A stretch of DNA of 64,000 nucleotides from Clostridiales bacterium (GTDB lineage Bacteria > Bacillota > Clostridia > Saccharofermentanales > Saccharofermentanaceae), in contig JAFWDK010000019.1 in the NCBI GenBank assembly GCA_017513085.1, positions 128,001 through 192,000 of the forward strand. Direction: 5' to 3'. Made by a program: the position numbers and the translations under genes. Under the pieces are notes generated by a model. It was not told the origin of the DNA, ran no database searches, and saw only the letters and a program-made list of their open reading frames with translations. This document shows positions 29,237 to 37,909 of the stretch, in pieces. Within the stretch, counting starts at the first letter, position 1. Every line of letters starts with the position of its first letter.

Positions 29237-31044
29237 GATTTTTCCTCTTTTTTCTCTTCCGAGTCTTCCTCTTTTCGGTCAGTCAGAAATACTTTTAAAG
29301 CAGTCTTCCTTTCATCCGAATATGGTCTGGCGACCATGCGTTCCACCGTTCGGGTATCGCCGAGTATCCAAAGTTCCTGTTTTGCTCTTGTCACTGCAGT
29401 ATAAAGGAGATTCCGGTTGAAGATCGGACCATATTCATCCGGTAGCACCAGAAGCACATACTTCCACTCTGCCCCTTGAGCTTTATGCACTGTCAGAGCA
29501 TAAGCCAGTTCCAGATCCTGAACATTCTTAAGCGGATAAGTAGTATACCTTCCATCGTCAAAACTCACATCCACGCCAAGATCGGAATACCGGTATATCT
29601 TGCGGATAAAACCGATATCCCCGTTAAAAACGCCATCGTTGGAACTCCCGTCCGCGTTGTAACAAGGCAGGCGGTAGTTGTTTTTTACCTGGATCACCCG
29701 ATCGTTCATAGCGAAAAATTTCTTCACATTCTCACTCGGAGAAAGCGCGACTCTTGCACCGTTTCGTCCCGAGTACTGCCGCTGAAGAAAATCATTGATG
29801 CTCTCCGTGCTGAGAGCTCCGTTCTTCTTCGGGCAAAGAATGGCCATATCGCGCCAGACATCCATATGAAGATCCGGATTCAATGATTTCACCCATTGAC
29901 TGATATGAAACATTACTTCATCTTTTTTGCACGGGATCAGATGGCAATCTGTTCCTTCCTCTTCCGTAAAGTCTAAAGGCATTCCATGAAGGATCAGCGA
30001 AGCGTTCTTCACGATCTTACTGTTCTGAAGCTGACGGAAATTCTCCACCAGGGTACACACCGTAACCAATTTAGAAGCAATCAGATCCGCTAAGATCCGT
30101 CCTGCTCCGACAGAAGGCAACTGGTGGGAATCTCCCACCATGATCACGATTGCTTTGTCGGAAATACCGGAAAGAAAAGCAGAAAAAACCGTGGCGTCGA
30201 TCATGCTGGCTTCATCGAGAATAAAAACTTTTCCCGGATGTTTATTATCCTCGTTGAAAAAGAACGTCGTTTCATCAGACTCCTCGTCATATTCCGCACC
30301 CAAAAGCCGATGGAGAGTCTGCGCATAAGAATGCGTCACCTCGGACAGACGCTTAGCTGCTTTGCCCGTAGGCGCCGCACAAAAGACATCATCCGGGAAC
30401 TGGTTGACATAGTACTGGTAAATGACTCGCAAAATCGTAGTCTTTCCGGTACCCGGACCGCCATCCACCACAACAAAACGTTGTTTGAGAACACGTCGGA
30501 CTACCTCTTCCTGTTCAGGTGAAAGGTGGAATGTCTCGTTGATCTGCGACCACTTCAAAGCACGTTCCAGAAGATCTTCATCGATCTTTCTTTCTCTCAG
30601 GTTCCAGTTCAGGATCCGATGCGCAATATCCGCTTCCGCGCAAACCGCCGTATAATCAGCTACCCACACGTCTTCCTTTGACTTCGCGGCTCTTTCAAGC
30701 GAAGAAAAAATATGAAGCCGTGATTTTTCCTTATTCCAGTAGCAAAGCGCCAGCAGCTTCTGATCGATCTGCTGAGCGATCCAGGCCGGCACGATGCTTT
30801 GAACAAAATTCTTCTTATACTCCCCGCACTCTGCAGTACCCTTAAATGAGCAAAAAGTGCAAGGCAAAGAAAAATCACACTGATTCAATGCCCGCCGCAG
30901 GATGGAAGATATTTCATTCTTCCAATCCTGAAGCCGCATGAATGTGTGACCGTTCTTATCAAGGACTCCTTGAAATGAGCGGAGCAATGAATCATTTACA
31001 AAATTTTCCAGGCATAACCCTTCCATCGTTCCCTCACCATTCAA
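29233..31044 (-). CDS. recD2: RecD2-like SF1B DNA helicase
   Basis: GGPGTGKT, APTGKAAKRL, ILDEASM, VGDSHQLPSVGAG, AYALTVHKAQGAE, LLYTAVTRAK; start uncertain. Confidence 0.88.
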   Translation of the reverse strand: MNGEGTMEGLCLENFVNDSLLRSFQGVLDKNGHTFMRLQDWKNEISSILRRALNQCDFSLPCTFCSFKGTAECGEYKKNFVQSIVPAWIAQQIDQKLLALCYWNKEKSRLHIFSSLERAAKSKEDVWVADYTAVCAEADIAHRILNWNLRERKIDEDLLERALKWSQINETFHLSPEQEEVVRRVLKQRFVVVDGGPGTGKTTILRVIYQYYVNQFPDDVFCAAPTGKAAKRLSEVTHSYAQTLHRLLGAEYDEESDETTFFFNEDNKHPGKVFILDEASMIDATVFSAFLSGISDKAIVIMVGDSHQLPSVGAGRILADLIASKLVTVCTLVENFRQLQNSKIVKNASLILHGMPLDFTEEEGTDCHLIPCKKDEVMFHISQWVKSLNPDLHMDVWRDMAILCPKKNGALSTESINDFLQRQYSGRNGARVALSPSENVKKFFAMNDRVIQVKNNYRLPCYNADGSSNDGVFNGDIGFIRKIYRYSDLGVDVSFDDGRYTTYPLKNVQDLELAYALTVHKAQGAEWKYVLLVLPDEYGPIFNRNLLYTAVTRAKQELWILGDTRTVERMVARPYSDERKTALKVFLTDRKEEDSEEKKEEKS

Positions 31045-31091
31045 GAAACCTATGAGTCCGGCAAAAACCGGCTATTCTGCAGTTGTACTTC

Positions 31092-32285
31092 TCAGATTCC
31101 TGCCTTCTGACGGAGGATCTCCGCCTTGTCGGTCTTCTCCCACGGGAAGCCGGCATCGTCACGGCCAAAGTGACCATAAGCAGCTGTCGCTTTATAAATC
31201 GGTCGACGGAGGTCGAGATCACGGATAATGGCAGCCGGACGAAGATCAAAAGTCTCATTTACCAGCTCAGTAATCTTTTCGTCAGAAATCTTTCCTGTTC
31301 CAAACGTATCCACCATGATCGATACCGGACGGGCAACACCGATCGCATAGGCAAACTGGATCTCGCACTCTTCCGCAATACCGGAAGCCACGATATTCTT
31401 CGCAATGTAACGGGCTGCATATGCAGCGGAACGATCCACCTTCGTCGGATCTTTTCCTGAAAAAGCACCGCCGCCGTGACGGGCGTATCCACCATATGTA
31501 TCTACGATGATCTTTCTTCCGGTAAGACCACTGTCACCCTGCGGGCCGCCTACAACAAAACGTCCTGTCGGATTGATGTATATCTTTGTGTTCTCATCCA
31601 CATACTCTTTCGGGAGGATCGGGAAGATAACATGCTCCTTGATCTTCTCGGCCAGTTCTTCCTGGCTGACTGTATCAGAATGCTGGGAAGAGATGACAAC
31701 TGCTTCAATACGCTTCGGCACACGACCGTCATACTCAATGGTGACCTGGCTCTTTCCGTCCGGACGGAGGAAAGGAAGTGTGCCGTCTTTTCTGACCTGA
31801 GTCAGACGACGTGTCAGTTTATGTGCCAGCGAGATCGGCAACGGCATAAACTCAGGTGTATCGTTATTTGCATATCCGAACATCATGCCCTGGTCACCGG
31901 CACCGGTATCCAGTTCACTGTCATCAATATGTTCTCTTGCTTCCAAAGACTTATTTACGCCCTGAGCAATATCCGGAGACTGTTCATCGATTGAAGTCAG
32001 GATCGCGCATGTCTTATAGTCAAATCCCAGATCGCTGCCGTCATATCCGATTTCTTTTACTGTATCACGGACGATCGACGGAATATCGACATAGGATGTA
32101 GTGGAGATCTCACCCATGACAAATACCATACCTGTCGTACAGGTCGTCTCACAAGCCACGCGTGCCATCGGATCATCCGCGATGATCGCATCAAGCACTG
32201 CATCCGAGATCTGATCGCAGATCTTATCCGGATGTCCTTCTGTCACCGACTCAGATGTAAATAACCATTTTCCTGTTCTGTTCAT
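31092..32285 (-). CDS. metK: S-adenosylmethionine synthetase
   Basis: [28 protein letters not shown]. Confidence 0.99.
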   Translation of the reverse strand: MNRTGKWLFTSESVTEGHPDKICDQISDAVLDAIIADDPMARVACETTCTTGMVFVMGEISTTSYVDIPSIVRDTVKEIGYDGSDLGFDYKTCAILTSIDEQSPDIAQGVNKSLEAREHIDDSELDTGAGDQGMMFGYANNDTPEFMPLPISLAHKLTRRLTQVRKDGTLPFLRPDGKSQVTIEYDGRVPKRIEAVVISSQHSDTVSQEELAEKIKEHVIFPILPKEYVDENTKIYINPTGRFVVGGPQGDSGLTGRKIIVDTYGGYARHGGGAFSGKDPTKVDRSAAYAARYIAKNIVASGIAEECEIQFAYAIGVARPVSIMVDTFGTGKISDEKITELVNETFDLRPAAIIRDLDLRRPIYKATAAYGHFGRDDAGFPWEKTDKAEILRQKAGI

Positions 32286-32309
32286 AAAAACCTCCTGATT
32301 CTATAGAAA

Positions 32310-32345
32310 CAAAAAACCTCTCCTGATAAATCAGAGGAAAGGCTT
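32310..32345 (-). terminator. riboswitch-controlled terminator in the metK leader
   Basis: Imperfect hairpin CCTCTGAT-TT-ATCAGGAGAGG followed by TTTTTT on the minus strand. Confidence 0.75.
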
Positions 32346-32365
32346 ACACATGTCATATAATCAAA

Positions 32366-32466
32366 TCCTCATCTTTCAGGCTATACCTGCTGGACTTGGC
32401 ACCGCTGCTCGCCGCGGTTGCCGGACTTCATAGGGCCAGATCCCTCCGTCACTCTTGATAAGAGAT
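32366..32466 (-). promoter_or_regulatory. SAM-I (S-box) riboswitch
   Basis: CTCTTATCAAGAG...GGAGGGA.CTGGCCC.ATGAAG.CCGGCAACC...GGTGCCAA.TCCAGCAG...CTGAAAGATGAG consensus upstream of metK. Confidence 0.97.
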
Positions 32467-32663
32467 GAATTTCATTTCAAATTTTTCGCTCTGATGATAC
32501 CACTCATCAGGATGTATTGCAACATAAAAATTTTTGTATCGCAGTTTCAGGGAGTTCCGGATAAAAAGTAGTAATCTTCGTTCTTTTGTCGAGATTTGTC
32601 GAAATCATTTTTGTTCGTTCGTGCTTAAATAGACCCACATCGATTTTGGAGGTGACTTCACAC

Positions 32664-33608
32664 ATGGGCATAACGAAAACCATTTGCATCCTTGACTCTG
32701 ATCCTTGTTTTTCTTCGTTACTTATTTCCAGGATCAAGCGTCAACTACCTCAGCATCTGGCCTTTCGCCTGAATAAAGACATTCTTCTGTCCAGATCAGA
32801 TCTGCTTCTGGACAACGACTATATTCTTTATAACCAGCATGAGATCAGCGAAAAGGAATTGCTTTCACACTGCAATCCGGCCAAATCCCCTCACTTGATC
32901 CCTCTCCTGGCCGAGGAAAAACCATATCCTCCTAAAGATGTTCTCATGCTGGTTCACGAAATCGAATCCCGGCTTGGGCTGGGTATGATCCCCCTTCCGT
33001 TGGAAAGCAATATCCAAACAGCATTAGTGCTTTCCTTCGTTCCCCCGGAAGAACGGGAGATCCATGTTCAAAAACAGATCTCCCGTTCTCTTTCCGATTT
33101 CGCCCACGTAGTACGCCTGGACATCATGCCGGGTATCATTATGCCCTGTGATCCGGAATATCCGGATGCACCTGTTTACCAGCAGGTATCCGGTATCTCT
33201 TCACTTTTGGAACGTCTGTCCAAACGAGGTTTCTCATATAAGGATATACCTATGTTTCTGGAACCGGATCCATACGGCGATCTCCGTTTCGGAAAACCTG
33301 TGCATTCAGATGACGTGATTTCTGCACACACGCGCACACTTCATCTTCTGATCCGTAAGACCGTGGAGTATCTTCGTACATTGGAAGATTCCTCTCTTCT
33401 GATCGCAGTTGCAGACGGCATCAGTTTCAGGCGCATGCAGTCACTCAGTAAAAGTCTTTCACATCTGGAGATTCTGACTCCACTTCACATCGAGAAAGAC
33501 TATATGCTGTGCAACGAAATCGACACGATCGTCAAGCAGCACACCGGAACATCACACATTGATTTTCCCTATCGTATCCAGCTGAAAAAAGAAAGGATAG
33601 CAGTATGA
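32664..33608 (+). CDS. divergent Tad accessory protein (CpaE/TadZ position)
   Basis: Receiver-like start (ICILDSDP); overlaps cpaF; no intact Walker A. The call rests mostly on context. Confidence 0.55.
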   Translation: MGITKTICILDSDPCFSSLLISRIKRQLPQHLAFRLNKDILLSRSDLLLDNDYILYNQHEISEKELLSHCNPAKSPHLIPLLAEEKPYPPKDVLMLVHEIESRLGLGMIPLPLESNIQTALVLSFVPPEEREIHVQKQISRSLSDFAHVVRLDIMPGIIMPCDPEYPDAPVYQQVSGISSLLERLSKRGFSYKDIPMFLEPDPYGDLRFGKPVHSDDVISAHTRTLHLLIRKTVEYLRTLEDSSLLIAVADGISFRRMQSLSKSLSHLEILTPLHIEKDYMLCNEIDTIVKQHTGTSHIDFPYRIQLKKERIAV

Positions 33609-34813
33609 AAACAGAAGAAAAAACTGTCGTGGACATGAGTGAACTGACCACCATGATCCTTCAGGCGATGCATCAGTATGAAGAAGTAGATGACATGACG
33701 TTTAAAGAGATCATTGCCGATATCATCAATCAATCTTCCAAGTATGGAAAGATGCCCCTTGAAGAAAAACGGCAACTGGCTGTCCGTCTGTTTAACAGAA
33801 TGCGCAGGCTGGACATTCTCCAACCTCTCATGGATGACGAGAGCGTAACAGAAATCATGGTGAACGGACCATCTCACATCTTCTATGAGAAGGGAGGTCG
33901 TCTGTTTCCATCCGATCTTAAGTTTGATGACAGCTCGACGTTAGAGCAGTTGATCATGCATTTCTTCTCTACCGCCAATCGTCCACTGAACGAAGCTTTT
34001 CCTATTGCAGATCTACGTCTTCCTGATGGTTCGCGTGCCAACGCCGTTCTCTCTCCTGTTGCACCGGACGGTCCGATCTTTACCATCAGAAAATTCACCG
34101 GTATTCATCAGGATATTCAGACTTTGGTCCGTAGTGGGTTTTTAAGCAAAGATGCAGCTCTTTATCTATCGCATGCCGTCATATCTAAGAAAACGATTTT
34201 TTTGTGTGGTGGTACGGGCTCCGGCAAGACAACATTTCTAAATGTTTTGTCTTCGTTTATTCCGAAAAACGAGAGAGTCGTAACGATCGAAGACTCCGCA
34301 GAACTATCCCTTCAGGGCATCTCCAATCTGGTACGTCTGGAGTCGAGATTACCAGGACCGGATGGCCACGGAAATATAGACATTGGTCTCCTGATACGGA
34401 CGGCCTTACGTATGCGACCGGACCGGATCGTTGTCGGAGAAGTTAGAGGCAGTGAAGCTGCTGATATGCTTCATGCATTGCATACCGGACACCCGGGTTC
34501 ACTTTGTACCGGTCACGCCAACTCATGTTTTGAAATGCTAGAACGATTAGTAACTATGGTCATGGCCGGATCCACTCTGCCATATGATGCCGTGATCCGA
34601 CAAATTGCCATGGGTGTGGATATTCTTATTCACATTACCAGAGGACGGAATGGTCAGCGTTATATTGACGAAATCGTAGAAGTCTGCCCTATCGTCGACA
34701 ATCATTTCCAAACTAAAACTATTTTCAAATACAAGGAGGGACATGGTCTTGAAAAGCTTTACGTTCAAACACCTGCATCCGAAGCTGTCAAATCTGATGA
34801 GCAAAGAAGATGA
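33605..34813 (+). CDS. cpaF: Tad/Flp pilus assembly ATPase (CpaF/TadA family)
   Basis: VTEIMVNG, RLPDGSR, TIRKF, GGTGSGKTT, TIEDSAEL, ALRMRPDRIVVGEVRG, TGHPGS..TGHAN. Confidence 0.95.
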   Translation: MKTEEKTVVDMSELTTMILQAMHQYEEVDDMTFKEIIADIINQSSKYGKMPLEEKRQLAVRLFNRMRRLDILQPLMDDESVTEIMVNGPSHIFYEKGGRLFPSDLKFDDSSTLEQLIMHFFSTANRPLNEAFPIADLRLPDGSRANAVLSPVAPDGPIFTIRKFTGIHQDIQTLVRSGFLSKDAALYLSHAVISKKTIFLCGGTGSGKTTFLNVLSSFIPKNERVVTIEDSAELSLQGISNLVRLESRLPGPDGHGNIDIGLLIRTALRMRPDRIVVGEVRGSEAADMLHALHTGHPGSLCTGHANSCFEMLERLVTMVMAGSTLPYDAVIRQIAMGVDILIHITRGRNGQRYIDEIVEVCPIVDNHFQTKTIFKYKEGHGLEKLYVQTPASEAVKSDEQRR

Positions 34814-36335
34814 AACCGAAATACGAAAACTCAGCCGTAAGACATACCTTGCTTTTATGAGCAAATGTCTACCGATTTATCCGCTTTGCGCCTTTTTGGT
34901 TTTTCTCTTATCAAGTGCTTTTCTGCCACAAGCAAAACTTCGTCTCCTTCTGTCGATTCCACTCGGTATTTTTCCGTTTGTTTCATGTGTACGTGTACTG
35001 TATGGCAAACGAACATCAACATTGCGTGCGCAGAATAAAGTTCTGATGCAATCCCTTTGCACATCCGTCTCAGACGGATACTCGATCGAGCGGGCATTTC
35101 TTTGTGCACGTGTCGATATTGAGAAAGCATTTGGCAAGAGAGCGGCCTTTGCGCATGCGTTGAAAGACATGGAGCATCAAATCAATGCACACGAACCTTT
35201 GGACCGGTGTGTGACCCGCTTCTGCCATAAACTCGATTACTATGAAACACTTCCAGTTCTTCATGCACTCTCATTACAAAAAACCGTCGGGAATCAGATC
35301 ATATCCATACTTCGCAGCAGCTGTCAGATGCTGTCGGAGCTTCATGCAGTCGCATCAGAAGTCGAAGCAAATAATTCAGGCAAAAATACCGAAGCATTGC
35401 TTCTGTCTATGATGCCTTTCGGTATCACTTACATGCTTTCCGTAACCAGTGCTGACTATCTTTCGCAGTCACAGAACACAGGCATAGGAAAATTATTGAT
35501 GATCGCCTCTTTTGTAATAGCTGTTTTTTCCTGTACCTACCTGTTTTCCTTGATTGGTGAACGTCCATCCAAAAACTATTTTTCTTTCTCGAAAACAAAG
35601 AAGCAAGTTCCGCGATTTATTAGGAAATGTACCACTTTTCTGATCCGGAATCTTCCTTCCATGTATACCACGAGGATCTATGAATGGTGCACAGAGATCT
35701 CTTTTTCAACTCATGATGCATTCGAAGCTTTTTTGAATAAGGTCTTGTCGACCATTCTCCTTTGTACACCACTGTTTACACTCATGTGTATTCTTCTTTC
35801 CTTACCCTTGTTTCTGGTTCCGATATCGCTGATCGTAATACTGATCTTATTGCACGTGGACCAGCAGTCGCAAGTCAACAAAAGACGATTGATACTTATG
35901 GAAGATCTTCCACTTTTTATCTCCATGCTCTCCACTCTTTTAGATTCCGGAATTCTTCTTCCTAAAGCTCTACAAACATGCGGATATGCATTCGCCAACC
36001 AAAGCTGTCTGAGCCAGGAATTACAGAACATCGTCATGTCTGTAGAAGGCGGTGTCAGCGCTGCAGATGCGTTAGAAAAATTTTCTCACAGGATCAGTAT
36101 CCCCGAAGCGCAATCAGCTTTACTGCTTGCCGCTCGGTATGAGCGTTCAGGAGGTTCGGAAGTTCTCGGATTGCTTCGCCTGCAAGCCTCCTCATGTTGG
36201 GCACTTTGTCGGAATGCTTCGCGAAAGAAGCGCGAACGTGAAGCATTCACCATGATATTACCAATGATGCTTGATTTCGTATCTGTACTCCTGGTAGCCG
36301 TTGCTCCAGCACTGAACACGTTTCAAACGATATAG
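34797..36335 (+). CDS. fused TadB-TadC inner-membrane platform protein (two T2SSF-like domains)
   Basis: First half LCTSVSDGYSIERAF...MMPFGI is TadB-like; second half EDLPLFISMLSTLLDSG...ALEKFSHRISIPE...MILPMM is TadC-like; one continuous frame; start uncertain. Confidence 0.8.
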   Translation: MSKEDETEIRKLSRKTYLAFMSKCLPIYPLCAFLVFLLSSAFLPQAKLRLLLSIPLGIFPFVSCVRVLYGKRTSTLRAQNKVLMQSLCTSVSDGYSIERAFLCARVDIEKAFGKRAAFAHALKDMEHQINAHEPLDRCVTRFCHKLDYYETLPVLHALSLQKTVGNQIISILRSSCQMLSELHAVASEVEANNSGKNTEALLLSMMPFGITYMLSVTSADYLSQSQNTGIGKLLMIASFVIAVFSCTYLFSLIGERPSKNYFSFSKTKKQVPRFIRKCTTFLIRNLPSMYTTRIYEWCTEISFSTHDAFEAFLNKVLSTILLCTPLFTLMCILLSLPLFLVPISLIVILILLHVDQQSQVNKRRLILMEDLPLFISMLSTLLDSGILLPKALQTCGYAFANQSCLSQELQNIVMSVEGGVSAADALEKFSHRISIPEAQSALLLAARYERSGGSEVLGLLRLQASSCWALCRNASRKKREREAFTMILPMMLDFVSVLLVAVAPALNTFQTI

Positions 36336-36344
36336 GAGGTACCA

Positions 36345-36527
36345 ATGAAGAAACTGAACAAACATTCATTCATTAATGCAAAAAAAGGTATGGGAACAGT
36401 AGAAGTCGTAATCATTATCGCTATCTTGGTTGCTCTGGCACTGACTTTCAGGAGTGCGCTGACCAAGTATGCAAGCGCCGTTATGGGGCATGTCTTTGAC
36501 GAGGAAAAAGTAATCGGCCAGATCTGA
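36345..36527 (+). CDS. flp: Flp1-type IVb pilin
   Basis: KKG|MGTVEVVIIIAILVALAL class III signal (G-1, E+5); strong RBS AGGAGG. Confidence 0.9.
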   Translation: MKKLNKHSFINAKKGMGTVEVVIIIAILVALALTFRSALTKYASAVMGHVFDEEKVIGQI

Positions 36528-36567
36528 TCGATAAAAAGATCAGATCTAATCTTTGAAGGAGCAGCAA

Positions 36568-37782
36568 ATGAGTACAGAGAATAATCACTATGAAAAAGGT
36601 CCATTTGGACAACATTATATTATCCATCTGCAAAGCAATGATGAGATCTGTCTGCACGCGCTTTCCATTTTGCAGGCAGACCTCGTCTCCTGCTACCTTC
36701 CCGTATATAAAAACTTCGATGAACAATCCTTATCCGTGAATATCAACGGATGTATTCCGCTCAGAGAACTCAAAGGGAAAGATAAAGCATACGTATATCG
36801 TCATTACCGATCTCTTCTGACGTCGTTTTTCAGTGAGATCGTCCGTTCTTTGAAGTATGCTCTCCCATTAAGCGGAATATGTTGTCTGGAAGAGCACCTG
36901 TATTTCAATCAATTCAGCCAGAGGTTTATGTGTATCTATTTGCCCGTAAAATCCAAGCTGCAAAATCAGAAACCTCTTCTTTCTGCTTTTGATGAGAACG
37001 CCCTGGAAGAATTATTGCGTGTTCCATACGATAAAAAATGGATCACTCCACGAGCCACGGAAGAATTATATCGTCTATTCCGTTCGGATGACGAATGTAC
37101 AGTCTCAGCATTTCTCCAGAAAAGATTCTGGGACTACTGCCGAAAAATACCTGATACACTAATGAAACTCCTTACTCTATGGGGACTGATACTCTTCTCA
37201 TTTATTATATTCTCCGGAAGGATCGAACGTGTACTACATAATCCGATCCTGTCTACATTGCCAAATCTTCTCTTCCTAATCTCCACAGCCATAACAGTCT
37301 ATAGACTCATTCTTTTCAGTCGGCAAAATAACAAACTGAAAAATGCCATAACAGAGAGTAAACAGCAACGAAGAAAAACACGAAATGCACAGATGCTATT
37401 CCCGGCAGAAAACGAATTAGAGCGCGAAGCGAGTCCGGATTCCGATCTTCTACCGGACCCGATTCTTTTTCAAGAGATCACAGCTGCCGGTACTTCTGCA
37501 TATGCCATACATCAATTTACGATCTGGACGGAAGAATTCGTAGTAGGAGAAGATTCGGATTGCTGTGATTATTCGATCGGTCATCATCATCTTTCTCTGA
37601 AACATGCCATGTTCGTGAAAGATCCGACGGGTATCTATGTCCGGGATCTGGATTCCCAAAGCGGAACTTTTGTGAATCGTAGAAGGCTACTCAAAAACGA
37701 GAAAGTTTATCTGGAGGATGGTGATATTCTTGGGCTGGGAGACATGGAATTCCGTACATGCTATGTTCACGGGATCCTCTGA
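36568..37782 (+). CDS. membrane protein with DUF6382-like N-terminus and C-terminal FHA domain
   Basis: Two TM helices; C-terminal FVVGE...SLKHA...VRDLDSQSGTFVN...LEDGDILGLG; last gene of the Tad locus. Confidence 0.8.
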   Translation: MSTENNHYEKGPFGQHYIIHLQSNDEICLHALSILQADLVSCYLPVYKNFDEQSLSVNINGCIPLRELKGKDKAYVYRHYRSLLTSFFSEIVRSLKYALPLSGICCLEEHLYFNQFSQRFMCIYLPVKSKLQNQKPLLSAFDENALEELLRVPYDKKWITPRATEELYRLFRSDDECTVSAFLQKRFWDYCRKIPDTLMKLLTLWGLILFSFIIFSGRIERVLHNPILSTLPNLLFLISTAITVYRLILFSRQNNKLKNAITESKQQRRKTRNAQMLFPAENELEREASPDSDLLPDPILFQEITAAGTSAYAIHQFTIWTEEFVVGEDSDCCDYSIGHHHLSLKHAMFVKDPTGIYVRDLDSQSGTFVNRRRLLKNEKVYLEDGDILGLGDMEFRTCYVHGIL

Positions 37783-37823
37783 ACAGATCGTCTGATGAAG
37801 ACCAGATAAAAATCCTTGAACAT

Positions 37824-37875
37824 AAAAGAGGTTGTCTCTTTTACGGTGTGGAAAAAGCCGTTAAGAGACAACCTC
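37824..37875 (-). terminator. long hairpin between convergent operons
   Basis: GAGGTTGTCTCTT...AAGAGACAACCTC 13-bp inverted repeat with TTTT on the minus strand. Confidence 0.75.
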
Positions 37876-37909
37876 CCTATTATGGAGACGGAATCCTTTT
37901 ATCTATCAA

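Noticed and set aside
33605-34813. VirB11 ATPase of a conjugative element
   Set aside because: Neighbours are TadB/C-like, Flp pilin and FHA genes; no relaxase, VirB4 or coupling protein.
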